Source of the DNA: an uncultured virus (IMG/VR IMGVR_UViG_3300042945_002143)
Taxonomy: Duplodnaviria > Heunggongvirae > Uroviricota > Caudoviricetes
DNA: 64,000 bases
Direction: 5' to 3' (one strand)
IMG/VR virus record: IMGVR_UViG_3300042945_002143
A model generated the notes under the pieces. The model was not told the origin of the DNA. It saw nothing but the letters and a program-made list of their open reading frames with translations, and did no database searches. Below are positions 20,770-31,061 of this stretch, one piece after another (within the stretch, counting starts at the first letter, position 1; each line of letters begins with the position of its first letter). Both the position numbers and the translations under genes were made by a program.

Positions 20770-21116
20770 CACAGTTAGTATTATTTATGATTTTAGCCTA
20801 CGGGTTTTCAACAATTATGGTTTATGGAACCATCTTCAAAGGAATGAGAGATTTCATCAAAGCTTATGGAAACTCCGATTTAATTTTTTCAAACACATTC
20901 AATTTCATTTCAGGTATTTTATCCTGTATGATGTGTTGTTCCACTTGGATAGGGTTCTTCTTAGGAACAGTTTTATTCTCACCGACTTATCAGTTTTTCG
21001 GAACAAGTCCATACATTTCATGGTTCTTTGATGGGTTATTCGCGTCAGGAGCGGTATGGGCAATCAACGCTTTCATTGAATGGTTTGAAGTAAACCGACC
21101 AGCTAAAATAGATTAA
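20766..21116 (+). CDS. Membrane protein with CxxC (DUF1360-like)
   Basis: Three hydrophobic segments and LSCMMCCSTWIG. Confidence 0.55.
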   Translation: MTQLVLFMILAYGFSTIMVYGTIFKGMRDFIKAYGNSDLIFSNTFNFISGILSCMMCCSTWIGFFLGTVLFSPTYQFFGTSPYISWFFDGLFASGAVWAINAFIEWFEVNRPAKID

Positions 21117-21136
21117 TTTAAAAACCAAATAAATAT

Positions 21137-21319
21137 ATGCCAAAGTCAAGATTAAGACCAAACCACAAGCAGAAGGTTGCTGCGTGGAAATTAAAAAACG
21201 CTCATGCTGAAAGACGCTACCAAAGAACAATGTCAGATTTGTTTGAAAAGATGAGACAAACAGCTTCTGAAAAGACAGAAGAAGTAGAAACAAATGAACC
21301 TGTTCAGCCCGCAAATTAA
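21137..21319 (+). CDS. Small basic hypothetical protein
   Basis: MPKSRLRPNHKQK..., 60 aa. Confidence 0.6.
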   Translation: MPKSRLRPNHKQKVAAWKLKNAHAERRYQRTMSDLFEKMRQTASEKTEEVETNEPVQPAN

Positions 21320-23663
21320 TTTCACAAAAGTTAGAATGATAAAAGATTTAGATTTTTCAAAACTTGAAAATCCTTACGTACAAGTAGTATGGGAAGATAC
21401 CCCAGAGAATTTTACACAAGAAAAGTTAAAAAGTGTGAAAGCGTACTTTCAAAAAAAGTATTCAACTACAAGCGTAAATGTTATTACCAAGTTAAAGAAA
21501 ACAGAAGAGGTACAAGACAATGTTGATGTTACTATCAACATTATGGACGAGAACTATCAACACGATTTGATTAAGTCCATCCTTCAATCTAAATCCCAAG
21601 AAAACCTTTACGAAGATATACTGAAGATTGACTCAGCGGTAAATAATAAGATGATTGCCGAACAAGATGAGATTGCTTCATTTAAGAAGTGGTATATTAA
21701 GAAGATTGAGTTTTCTAACTTTCTATCTTATGGTGAAAACCAACATATAAACTTTGAAAAGTTGGGTGGGATTACTGTAATTGAATCAGACCCACCTAAC
21801 TTTGGAGGTAAAACTGTGTTGTCTGTGGATTTGTTGATGTTCTTGTTTTTTAATACAACAACAAAGACAAACAAAGCTGAAGAAATATTTAACAGATATT
21901 CTGACAAAGATAAAGTATCTGTTAGAGGGGAAATTGTTATTGATGGTGAAGATTACATTATTGTTCGTGAACTTGAACGTAAGAAATCTAAGTCAGGTGA
22001 TTGGAATGTTAAAACAGAATTAGACTTCTTTAAGAAGTTTCCTGATGGTTCATTGGTTAAATTTACAGGTGAACAACGACGTGAAACTGAAAAGTTTATT
22101 AAGACATCAATTGGAAGTTATGAAGACTTCTTGATGACGATATTAACCACTGGTACTAACCTTGAGGACTTGTTGGAAGCAAAACCAACAGCTCGTGGAC
22201 AAGTCTTATCAAGATTTTTAGGTTTAGATTTTCTTAAAAGAAAAGAAGAGACTGGTAAAGAAATCTATTCAGAGTTCTCCAAGTCAATGATTTCAAACAT
22301 TTACAATACTGAAACATTGAAGAATGAGAACGAAGAACTATTGGTTAAAAACCAAGAGTTTGATAAGAATATTGTAGAAAGTGAAGTTAAAATTGAAGAT
22401 GTTAAGGGTAGGATTGTTAAAGGACAAGAATATCGTGATAACCTTTTAAAATCAAAGGTTGTTGTTGATAGAGAAATTTCATTACTTAATCCTGACAATA
22501 CAAAGAAAGAAGTGGGAAACTTTGAACACCAAATCAAACAGAATGTTCAGTTAAGAGATGGTGTTAAGATTGTTGAACCTTCAGAGTTTTATTATGAAAA
22601 TGAACATGATAAGGTTAAGGAAGAGTACCAAAAGACTTACAAACAAAAGGTTGAGTTAGATACTAACATATCATCCATCCAAAAATTAAAGAGTTCAGTA
22701 AGTGGTGGAATTAAGTGTGAACATTGTGGCATTGAACTTATGAACGCAACAATTACACAATCAAGAATTGCGGAACTTGACGGACTTATCGGGCAAAAAA
22801 CCAAGATTGAGGGGTTAATACAAGAATTATCGGACAAAGAACAAGGTTTTGTTAAACTTAAAAAAGACTTTGACGAGTACGAAAGAAACAAACTTGTCTA
22901 TGAAAAATACCAAGCAACAATTGAAAACTTTGAATTGAAGAAAGAAAGTTTGTTAGATAAGTTAAAAAGATATGATGATGTACAAGATGTAATCAAATCT
23001 AACGAACAAATTGAAAGTCAAATCATTAAGGCTAACTTACGATTGGAAGATTTAAAACGAGAGGAACAACTTGTCCAACAGGAAGTGACCAATTCAAGAT
23101 TTAAGATAACTAATAATCTTGAAAAGATTAATTCTAATAACAACTTAATTATTAAAATTTCTGAGGAACAACAAAAGGAAGTTAAGTATAAAGTTTATTT
23201 AGAGTTGTTTGGCAAGAACGGTATCTCAAAAAGAATTATGAAGAGTATGATGCCTTTGATTAACTCCGAACTTCAACGACTATTACAGGATTCTTGTTAC
23301 TTCAGATTGGAAATTCGTATTAGTGAAAAGAATGAGGTAGAATTTTGGATGATAGACAATAATACTCAAATTGAAAAGTTAATGACTTCAGGTTCGGGAT
23401 ATGAGAAGACAATTGCTTCACTGGCACTAAGAGCGGTGATGGCTAAAGTGTGTTCATTACCTAAACCAAATATTACAGTATTTGATGAGGTGTTCGGTAA
23501 GATTTCTAATGATAACTTGGAAATGGTTTATGAGTTCTTTATTAAGATTAAAGAATACTTTGAAAACATACTTGTTATTACTCACAACCCTATGATTTCA
23601 AACTGGTCTGATAACATTATCAAGATTACGAAAACTGACAACATTTCTAAAGTTTCACATTAA
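21294..23663 (+). CDS. Rad50/SbcC-like ABC ATPase (T4 gp46-like) with N-terminal extension
   Basis: IEFSNFLSYG, Walker A NFGGKT, Zn-hook CEHCG, signature SGSGYE, Walker B VFDEVF, VITH. Confidence 0.9.
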   Translation: MNLFSPQINFTKVRMIKDLDFSKLENPYVQVVWEDTPENFTQEKLKSVKAYFQKKYSTTSVNVITKLKKTEEVQDNVDVTINIMDENYQHDLIKSILQSKSQENLYEDILKIDSAVNNKMIAEQDEIASFKKWYIKKIEFSNFLSYGENQHINFEKLGGITVIESDPPNFGGKTVLSVDLLMFLFFNTTTKTNKAEEIFNRYSDKDKVSVRGEIVIDGEDYIIVRELERKKSKSGDWNVKTELDFFKKFPDGSLVKFTGEQRRETEKFIKTSIGSYEDFLMTILTTGTNLEDLLEAKPTARGQVLSRFLGLDFLKRKEETGKEIYSEFSKSMISNIYNTETLKNENEELLVKNQEFDKNIVESEVKIEDVKGRIVKGQEYRDNLLKSKVVVDREISLLNPDNTKKEVGNFEHQIKQNVQLRDGVKIVEPSEFYYENEHDKVKEEYQKTYKQKVELDTNISSIQKLKSSVSGGIKCEHCGIELMNATITQSRIAELDGLIGQKTKIEGLIQELSDKEQGFVKLKKDFDEYERNKLVYEKYQATIENFELKKESLLDKLKRYDDVQDVIKSNEQIESQIIKANLRLEDLKREEQLVQQEVTNSRFKITNNLEKINSNNNLIIKISEEQQKEVKYKVYLELFGKNGISKRIMKSMMPLINSELQRLLQDSCYFRLEIRISEKNEVEFWMIDNNTQIEKLMTSGSGYEKTIASLALRAVMAKVCSLPKPNITVFDEVFGKISNDNLEMVYEFFIKIKEYFENILVITHNPMISNWSDNIIKITKTDNISKVSH

Positions 23664-23664
23664 G

Positions 23665-23695
23665 TTTGGTAAATTAAAAAATTGTATTATCTTTG
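23665..23695 (+). promoter_or_regulatory. Bacteroidota-type housekeeping promoter
   Basis: TTTG-N19-TATCTTTG, an exact match to the consensus. Confidence 0.7.
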
Positions 23696-23702
23696 TAAGA
23701 CT

Positions 23703-24257
23703 ATGATTATGAATTATATATTATTTGCATTCGGGGAATATAAAGAAAACCCACAGGCTTTAAACCTTTTAACTGAAACGGTATCACAAATATCAAAAGG
23801 TGATATAAAATTCCAACATGGAGACAGTGGTGTCATAATAACATTTGGCACGAAGTTGGATTGGGAAGATATAGACGACTATATGAAAAAAAATATTGTT
23901 AAATTAACGGCAATGTATTTTGTTTTCCCTATTGAATCTGACATGATATATTCTATGGACGAAGATATTAAAAAACATTTGTTTGAAAACACTGACATTT
24001 TGACAGAAAATGAAGAATTAAATCAGACTAGATACGTAAGTGATAATACAGGAGTTCCTGAATTTTTAAAGGGTATACATATTCACAGGGGTAGTCCTTT
24101 TGATGATATTCTTAAAATTCTTAATGAAGAAGTTATTCAAGATGTACCAGTTATGACACTTAATGATTTATTGGATAAGATAAAAGAAAAAGGTATAGAT
24201 AGTTTGTCAGAAATTCAGTTAAAACAATTAGAAATTTACTCAAAACAAATAATATGA
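23703..24257 (+). CDS. Hypothetical protein
   Basis: ATG after the promoter; C-terminal LNDLLDKIKEKGIDSLS motif. Confidence 0.7.
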   Translation: MIMNYILFAFGEYKENPQALNLLTETVSQISKGDIKFQHGDSGVIITFGTKLDWEDIDDYMKKNIVKLTAMYFVFPIESDMIYSMDEDIKKHLFENTDILTENEELNQTRYVSDNTGVPEFLKGIHIHRGSPFDDILKILNEEVIQDVPVMTLNDLLDKIKEKGIDSLSEIQLKQLEIYSKQII

Positions 24258-25054
24258 TGGAAAAAAACCAAGTTATCCCGATTAATCAAGACGAAGTACA
24301 AATCTACCTTAAAGAACTTAGACGTATTAAGGTAATGACTCCTGAAAGAGAAAGGGAACTGTCGGCTAAGATGCAAACCCCCGAAACATCTGATAGTGAA
24401 AAGGCACGTATTTGTAAAGAATTGTTAGAGGGTAACCTACGATTTGTCATCACTGTTGCTAAACAGTATCAGGGACAAGGTGTTGATTTCAGTGATTTAG
24501 TTGCGGAAGGGAATATCGGACTTATGAAAGCTATTCAAAGTTTTGATTGGACAAAGAACCTTCGTTTTATATCATACGCAGTGTGGTGGATTAGACAATC
24601 TATTCTACAGTCTTTGAACGAACACTCAAGAACAATCCGTATCCCTGTGAATGTTATTCAAGACCTATATAAAGAGAAGAAACGAACAGACAAGACAGGT
24701 GAGAGAATTGATGACCGATTTGCTAATCTACCATCAACAATTAACCTACAAACTCAGATTAATGAAGATGGTGATACACTGATTGATTTGATTGTAAACA
24801 AAGACAGTGATATGCCTGATGAGGTATTCAATAATGGAGAACAACTTAAAGACGGATTATTCAACATCATGAATATTTTGGATGAACGTGAAAGACAGAT
24901 TATTGAAGACTACTATGGTATCTCAGGTACCCCAAGAACACTTGAAGATATAGGTTCAGATTTCAGTTTAACTAAAGAAAGAGTTAGACAAATCAAAGAA
25001 AAAGCTCTTCGTAAGTTACGTAATGAGAGTGTTACCTTGTTCGATTATATGTAA
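24254..25054 (+). CDS. RNA polymerase sigma-70 family factor (RpoD-like regions 1.2, 2, 4)
   Basis: YLKEL, NLRFVITVAKQY, DLVAEGNIGLMKA, FISYAVWWIRQSI, TLEDIG...LTKERVRQIKEKALRKLR. Confidence 0.92.
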   Translation: MMEKNQVIPINQDEVQIYLKELRRIKVMTPERERELSAKMQTPETSDSEKARICKELLEGNLRFVITVAKQYQGQGVDFSDLVAEGNIGLMKAIQSFDWTKNLRFISYAVWWIRQSILQSLNEHSRTIRIPVNVIQDLYKEKKRTDKTGERIDDRFANLPSTINLQTQINEDGDTLIDLIVNKDSDMPDEVFNNGEQLKDGLFNIMNILDERERQIIEDYYGISGTPRTLEDIGSDFSLTKERVRQIKEKALRKLRNESVTLFDYM

Positions 25055-25104
25055 TCAACTATTTATTGTTATAAATTTAATTTTAAATTAGATAAAAAAA
25101 CATT

Positions 25105-25383
25105 ATGGAAAAATTACAGAAATACTTTATTCCCGCGATTTTGGTAATCGTATTATTATCCTTCTTTAAAGGATGTGGAACCTCAACCCAAGTTAAAACG
25201 ACTGAAAAACAGGTTGAGTTATTAACAAAGAAAGTTGACTCTTTAAGTACTATCGTAGTATCTCAAGATAAACTAATTACTATCATTAAAGAAACTCCAA
25301 GTTGGAAGACTTTAGAAATTGAAGAATTGTCGGATAAGAACCATATGCCCATAAACCATTACAAGAATGAGTTGGGACAATGA
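25105..25383 (+). CDS. Small membrane-anchored/secreted protein
   Basis: Hydrophobic N-terminus followed by KGCG (possible lipobox). Confidence 0.6.
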   Translation: MEKLQKYFIPAILVIVLLSFFKGCGTSTQVKTTEKQVELLTKKVDSLSTIVVSQDKLITIIKETPSWKTLEIEELSDKNHMPINHYKNELGQ

Positions 25384-26321
25384 AAAATTGGTTTAGTAGA
25401 AATTTAACAAACATAATTTCTTTAGCCTTTGTTATTCCAATACTACTCGTAGCGTTTGTGTCAATATCACACGTTACGAGTTTTTATGGTTTATCTAATC
25501 CTTTTACTTGGGCTATATATCTTTCAGTAGGTATTGAAATTGCAGCATTATCAGCCTTGGCAGCTGTGTCAGTTAACATGGGTAGATTTGTTTATTTCCC
25601 ATTTATTATCGTAACATTTATTCAAATGTTGGGAAACATATTCTTCTCATTTACATACATTGATGAAACATCACAGACATTCCAAGATTGGATTTCAATG
25701 GTTGGTGGATTACTTGAGAATATGGGTATTGAGAAGACTGATTTAAATACTCACAAGACGGTACTTGCGTTTTTAACTGGCGGATTACTACCAATCATCT
25801 CTCTTACATTTGCCCACATGTTGGTTAAGTTTACTGAAAAGAATAAAGAAGTAGTTGAAGATGATAAAACAGATTTAACTGAGGAGGACATTCAAAAAAT
25901 TATTGAATTACAGGTTGAAGAAAAAGAAAAAGAAAAGTGGACACCTTCTAATGAAGATTTGGAAAAGTTAGAAAAAATATTACAAAATAATCATCCTGTT
26001 AAATTAGATGTTGAACATAAACCTTACACTCCGTCAGAAGAAGATTTACGTAAAATTGAAGAAGTTTTAAATGGGTATACTGAAATTGTTGAAGAAAATA
26101 TTAATGATAACAATGAGGTAATAACTGAAGACATTGTTGAGGAATCTGTGGAAGAAGTTAAACCGATTACTGAAGAAAGTCAGTATGACAATACTGTTTA
26201 CATGGGATTACTTAAAAAAGAGGAAGATATACAACCTGAGGAGGTTGAAAAAAAAAATGATATACTCACCGAAACAGGTGAAGATTACAAGGTTTTAAAC
26301 TACAGAAAAAGGGATGCTTAA
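25380..26321 (+). CDS. Multi-pass membrane protein with acidic C-terminal tail
   Basis: About 4 hydrophobic helices in the first 150 aa; Glu-rich tail with a duplicated TPSxEDLxKxExxL unit. Confidence 0.7.
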   Translation: MKNWFSRNLTNIISLAFVIPILLVAFVSISHVTSFYGLSNPFTWAIYLSVGIEIAALSALAAVSVNMGRFVYFPFIIVTFIQMLGNIFFSFTYIDETSQTFQDWISMVGGLLENMGIEKTDLNTHKTVLAFLTGGLLPIISLTFAHMLVKFTEKNKEVVEDDKTDLTEEDIQKIIELQVEEKEKEKWTPSNEDLEKLEKILQNNHPVKLDVEHKPYTPSEEDLRKIEEVLNGYTEIVEENINDNNEVITEDIVEESVEEVKPITEESQYDNTVYMGLLKKEEDIQPEEVEKKNDILTETGEDYKVLNYRKRDA

Positions 26322-26916
26322 TATTAAAAAATATGGAAAGTTTCCTAAATTTGAAAAAAATAAGAAAAAAAAACAAATAATCCTTTGTCATAGTTTTCGT
26401 CCTGCTGAAAATTTTCTTAATTCATTAAAATATCGTAAAAATGGTTCTTACGATAAAATACCAAACTATTTTATAACAAAAGAAGGGAATATTTTAAATC
26501 TAATTTCAGATGATAGTTATACTAACTATTTTGACGACCAAGAGGTAAATCGAAATTCTATAATAATTTGTTTAGAAAATCTTGGATGGTTACAAAAAAC
26601 ACCATTAGGTTTATCGTATTCTAATTGGATTGGAGATATTTATAGTAAATCTATTTTTCAAAAAAAATGGAAGGATAAAATATATTGGGAACCATATAGT
26701 GAAGAACAATTAAATTCACTAATTGAACTCTCAAAAAAATTACTTGTAAAGTTTTCAATAGATAACAAGTTTATTGGACATAATACAAAAGTTGATGGTG
26801 TTAAATTATTCAACGGTATTGTATGTAGAAGTAATTATAATAGTAGATATACTGATATAAGTCCGGCATTTGATTATGAAAAATTTAAAAATTTAATAGA
26901 AAATGATGAGAGATAA
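26314..26916 (+). CDS. N-acetylmuramoyl-L-alanine amidase-like (Amidase_2), possibly degenerate
   Basis: IILCHS, PNYFITKEG, NRNSIIICLEN, YSEEQLNSL, FIGH, DISPAFD pattern. Confidence 0.6.
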   Translation: MLNIKKYGKFPKFEKNKKKKQIILCHSFRPAENFLNSLKYRKNGSYDKIPNYFITKEGNILNLISDDSYTNYFDDQEVNRNSIIICLENLGWLQKTPLGLSYSNWIGDIYSKSIFQKKWKDKIYWEPYSEEQLNSLIELSKKLLVKFSIDNKFIGHNTKVDGVKLFNGIVCRSNYNSRYTDISPAFDYEKFKNLIENDER

Positions 26917-27514
26917 CCAAGACATTAAAGACCAAATCAAAAAAATGAGAGATTTGGTGAATAGCAATAATTCTATTGTTAAAGAACATATCCAAGAGAT
27001 AAAAAAAACTTACTTGTTTGAACAATCTGAACGACCTGAAGTTGATACAATTGCTACGAAGTATAATGTACCAACCGCAGTTGAAGATGATATACAAGAT
27101 GATGAAGAGAAAAAAAATGAAATTGAACAAGGTTATAGAATTTCAGGTGGTATTTTAACTATACATGGAAAAGATAGAAAAGATGTTGAATTAACAACTG
27201 ATGATAAGAAAGCTTTCCAAGAAACTATGGATGAATTTGTTTCGGAAGTGTCAGATTTAGTTAACTTTAATCAATTAAATGTTTACCAAAACAACGTTGA
27301 TTGGAGTGGTAAAATTGTTGATTTTGACATTGAATTCTATTTCACTATTGGTGAAAATAACGGATTATATATTAGTGGTGATATGGTAAAGGTTGATGAG
27401 AACTTTACTGAGGCTATCAGTAAACTAAAAACCTATTATGAGAAGTTCAAATCTAAATGGGCTAAAATAATTGCTAGTAGAAAGAAAACAAAACCTGATA
27501 CAAATGAACAATAA
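26903..27514 (+). CDS. Hypothetical protein
   Basis: 203-aa ORF overlapping its neighbours. Confidence 0.7.
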   Translation: MMRDNQDIKDQIKKMRDLVNSNNSIVKEHIQEIKKTYLFEQSERPEVDTIATKYNVPTAVEDDIQDDEEKKNEIEQGYRISGGILTIHGKDRKDVELTTDDKKAFQETMDEFVSEVSDLVNFNQLNVYQNNVDWSGKIVDFDIEFYFTIGENNGLYISGDMVKVDENFTEAISKLKTYYEKFKSKWAKIIASRKKTKPDTNEQ

Positions 27515-27848
27515 GAATAATATAATTGGAATTTTATTTTTAATTATTATTGGTTTGTTTGTGTGCAATATTATTACAACAAACCAAATTAAAACTGATG
27601 TTGAAAAATATCAAACGTCAATTGATAGTATCCAAACAAAGATTGACTCGGTATCAATTTTAAATAAAGAATTGGATAATAAATTAGCGGAACTTGATAC
27701 AAATATATTAGAAATAACTCAAGAAATACAATTGGTTGATAACAACATAAACGTAATTAAAAAGAAAACAAATGAAAAAGTTGCTTCTGTTGATAATCTC
27801 GGTAATGATGACCTTCAACATTTTTTCACAGACAAATACGGTAAGTAA
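27504..27848 (+). CDS. N-terminal TM + coiled-coil protein (spanin-like architecture)
   Basis: IIGILFLIIIGLFVC followed by a heptad repeat. Confidence 0.55.
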   Translation: MNNKNNIIGILFLIIIGLFVCNIITTNQIKTDVEKYQTSIDSIQTKIDSVSILNKELDNKLAELDTNILEITQEIQLVDNNINVIKKKTNEKVASVDNLGNDDLQHFFTDKYGK

Positions 27849-28194
27849 AGATACTACTAAGGTTGTTATCAGTTCTGAAGTAGCTAGAAAGATTGCTAAA
27901 GATTTGATTAGGTTGGATGGTTGTATTGAAGAAAACCAGCAATTATATTCTAAAATCTCTTTATTGGAAAAGAGGGAAGGTGATAAAGATAAGAAAATTG
28001 AAATTTTAGAAGAAAAAGATAAAAACAATCAAATTATTATTGGTGAGAAAGACAAACAAATTGGTTTATATGTTAATATGACTGATGACTTAAAAGATGA
28101 GATTAAAACCAATAACGATAAAACTAAATGGTGGAAAGTCGGAACCTATGCGGGTGGAGGATTAACACTTTTATTATTAATACTTGCTTTTTAA
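27772..28194 (+). CDS. Signal peptide + coiled coil + C-terminal TM protein
   Basis: MKKLLLLIISVMMTFNIFSQ; C-terminal GGGLTLLLLILAF; overlaps the previous gene by 77 nt. Confidence 0.6.
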   Translation: MKKLLLLIISVMMTFNIFSQTNTVSKDTTKVVISSEVARKIAKDLIRLDGCIEENQQLYSKISLLEKREGDKDKKIEILEEKDKNNQIIIGEKDKQIGLYVNMTDDLKDEIKTNNDKTKWWKVGTYAGGGLTLLLLILAF

Positions 28195-28195
28195 A

Positions 28196-28438
28196 ATGGC
28201 ATTTAACCAAACTGAAAAAAACGAAATTGAAAAAATTGTTAAATCTGAAATTAAAAGTTTTTTAGATTCACAAACTGTTAAGCAATTTGAAAATAAAATG
28301 TTAGATTTAATTGCTAAAGAAATTGAAAGAGGTAAATTAGAAAAAAACATAAGAGAATTGGTTGTTAAATCATTCAGAGATTTCTATGAATATATGTGGA
28401 TGAATAGAAGTACTTGGGAAACAAAATTAAAAAGATAA
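28196..28438 (+). CDS. Hypothetical protein
   Basis: ORF in operon. Confidence 0.65.
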   Translation: MAFNQTEKNEIEKIVKSEIKSFLDSQTVKQFENKMLDLIAKEIERGKLEKNIRELVVKSFRDFYEYMWMNRSTWETKLKR

Positions 28439-28443
28439 TAGAA

Positions 28444-28965
28444 ATGGAAAACTTGAAACAAAATTTAATGAAGGCGATTAAGTCAAATTATACGACAAAA
28501 GATTCGGATTCAGTTCGAGATTTCAATAAATTCTCAGAAGAACTGAGTGAAAAAAAAGAAGAAAATACTGAAGCAACTGGTGCCGGAAGTGCTGGTGGTT
28601 TTGAAAGTCCTTTATTTGGGGGTAAAATGGAAGAAGAAAATTCTGATGACATTAAAAAAGTTGAGGCAACTGAAGCAACAGGGGCGTCTTCTGCTGGACA
28701 ATATTCAGGCCCATCATTCTTAGCAAAATCCCAAAGTAAAAAAGATTGGAGAGGTGCCGCAAAACCTTTGTATAAGGGTGGTAAGTTTGTTAAAATTAAA
28801 AAGAAATGTTTAAAATACCCATACTGTAATCAAGGGGATATTAACGCTTTAAAATTAACTGAATTAGATATTTTTGAAAGTTTACTTGAAAAATTATCAA
28901 AGGAATATCAGATTGATAAAAATATTTTAAGTAAAATAATTAAAGAAGATATTTTAAAAAACTAA
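28444..28965 (+). CDS. Hypothetical protein with duplicated TEATGAxSAG motif
   Basis: NTEATGAGSAGGF and ATEATGASSAGQY; KKKCLKYPYCNQG. Confidence 0.7.
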   Translation: MENLKQNLMKAIKSNYTTKDSDSVRDFNKFSEELSEKKEENTEATGAGSAGGFESPLFGGKMEEENSDDIKKVEATEATGASSAGQYSGPSFLAKSQSKKDWRGAAKPLYKGGKFVKIKKKCLKYPYCNQGDINALKLTELDIFESLLEKLSKEYQIDKNILSKIIKEDILKN

Positions 28966-28996
28966 ATTAATTAAGTATTTATATATAAAAACATAA

Positions 28997-30490
28997 ATGT
29001 CAAAATTTGATGAAATAATAAAAAGTTTAGTTAATGAAAGTTTAACTGAAAGGGCTAACGAAATTACTAGTACTATTAACAAAAAAATTGAATCAAATGA
29101 AGATGTTGATAAGTATGATTTAGAGGTTGGTATTGATTATGGTTTTGACGACGATGACGAGGATTATACGTTTATGAGAAGGGGTAAAAATTCGTCACAC
29201 GGACCATTTCATTTTAAAAGAAATAAAAGAGGTAGTGAAACTGCCTTTGGAGAAAAACAAATAGCAAACATGAAAAAAAGAATTAAAGAAGACCAAGACA
29301 CTGATTTAGCATTAGCGTTAGATTCTAAAGATGTAAGAAGTGAAACAACTGAAAGACTGCATGGTGGTCAAAAAAAATTAGATGTTGCAGAACCTAAAGG
29401 TAAACTGACTAAAGCGGATTTTTTAAAATTACAAAAAATGGAAGAAGAAGTAGAAGAAGGAAACGCTTTTACTGGAGCTTTATCGAAGGCTAAAAAAGAA
29501 GGTAAAAAATCTTTTAAAGTTGATGGTAAAGAATTTGAAGTGACTGAAGATTTAGGTGGTATGGGATTAGGTATGGGACATGATGATTTTGAAGATATAA
29601 ATCTATCTGATGATGAAAATCCAAGAGTTCAATCTTTAAAGAAAAAGTATATGAGAAATTACCCTGAAGAAATTGACCAAGAAGTTGATTTTGTTTCAGG
29701 TAATGAAGAACCGATTAATTATAGAATTAAGATGGGTGATGGTGATTTCCTTGACTTAGCAGAATCTGAATTAATTGACATGATTGAAGAATTAGTTCTT
29801 GAAGAAAAAACCAAAGACAACCTTAAGAAGACAGGTAAATCTGCAGGAATGGTTCAATATGATAGAGTTTCTAAAAGAGAAAAAAATGAAAACTTAAGGG
29901 CTAATAAAGAGTCGTTCAAAAAAATGGCGGATTATGTTAAGGATGGTTCTAAAGGTAAGTTTGAATCTAATCCTGTAATGTTCCCAAAGGGTAACGGTGA
30001 GATTAAGAAAATGGACAAGAAAGCATATGTTCCATCAGAATATGTTGATGAATATGTTGACGCATTTGCTTACCCTGGTCAAACAAACCTTAGATATGAT
30101 GAAGTAAAACCAAATGATGAGTGGATTGAAATGAATCTTAAAGGTCATTCTAAGACTGGAAACGCTCAAGTTGATAAAGATGGTAATCCATTAGGTAATG
30201 TTGTACCGACAAAGACAGGTGAAAGAATGTACAAAAATTTTGAAGAAAATTTATATGGGGCAGAACAAGCTGAAGCGTCATATAAAAGACAATCACAACC
30301 TGTTGATATTGCTGGTGAAACAACTCAAAAAGGTGGTTTAAAGAGAAAAGGTTCAAAAACCTCGTCAATCCAAAAGGCTGATAAAATTTTAAATAACCTT
30401 GGTGAGTCAACTGAAAATGAATCAAGTAAGTTGTTAAACGAAGAAATGGAAAGTATGAAAAAGTTAATTGGTTATCAGTATAAAAAATAA
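28997..30490 (+). CDS. Large acidic/charged protein, probable head-associated or internal protein
   Basis: 497 aa, Glu/Lys/Asp-rich; TATTTATA upstream (28976-28983); IIKSLVNE N-terminus. Confidence 0.65.
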   Translation: MSKFDEIIKSLVNESLTERANEITSTINKKIESNEDVDKYDLEVGIDYGFDDDDEDYTFMRRGKNSSHGPFHFKRNKRGSETAFGEKQIANMKKRIKEDQDTDLALALDSKDVRSETTERLHGGQKKLDVAEPKGKLTKADFLKLQKMEEEVEEGNAFTGALSKAKKEGKKSFKVDGKEFEVTEDLGGMGLGMGHDDFEDINLSDDENPRVQSLKKKYMRNYPEEIDQEVDFVSGNEEPINYRIKMGDGDFLDLAESELIDMIEELVLEEKTKDNLKKTGKSAGMVQYDRVSKREKNENLRANKESFKKMADYVKDGSKGKFESNPVMFPKGNGEIKKMDKKAYVPSEYVDEYVDAFAYPGQTNLRYDEVKPNDEWIEMNLKGHSKTGNAQVDKDGNPLGNVVPTKTGERMYKNFEENLYGAEQAEASYKRQSQPVDIAGETTQKGGLKRKGSKTSSIQKADKILNNLGESTENESSKLLNEEMESMKKLIGYQYKK

Positions 30491-30534
30491 TTAGTTACTT
30501 TAAAATATTTTAATTTATAATTCTCCATATAACT

Positions 30535-31008
30535 ATGGAGAATTTTTTTTCTTATATATCTAAGCCAGTAACTGATGAAGAACTACAATTTTGGATTGAT
30601 AGTAATGACATTTGTTATCAAAAATTAGAGTTGTTTGAAGACTTTGTTAAATCTTTAGTTTCCTTAGTATATAAAACTTATTTAGGTGACCCAGAAGGTC
30701 AAGAAACTAATATAAACATAACATACGATGATAATATTAAACACTTTGAATGGTGTTGGGATAAAACAATTGAAAATTTTAACAAAGAGGGTATCTTTTT
30801 TGGTGAAAAGGGAGACCATAAAGATTTTATAAAAAGTTTTTTAGAGGAGACTTTTTATAGACAAAAGATTAAAGAAGTTAAAATGTCTTTGAATAAGTTT
30901 TTTGATGAAGTTTTTAATCTTGATAAATTACCAACAAAATCCGATTTAGATTTATTAACATCAATTTATAAATCATTAGATAAATCTTTGAAATTAAGTT
31001 TACAATAG
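30535..31008 (+). CDS. Hypothetical protein
   Basis: 157-aa ORF. Confidence 0.7.
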   Translation: MENFFSYISKPVTDEELQFWIDSNDICYQKLELFEDFVKSLVSLVYKTYLGDPEGQETNINITYDDNIKHFEWCWDKTIENFNKEGIFFGEKGDHKDFIKSFLEETFYRQKIKEVKMSLNKFFDEVFNLDKLPTKSDLDLLTSIYKSLDKSLKLSLQ

Positions 31009-31061
31009 ATAAATAATCCTTACTCTTGATAGTGTAATAAACAAATTTTATATTTAAGAAA

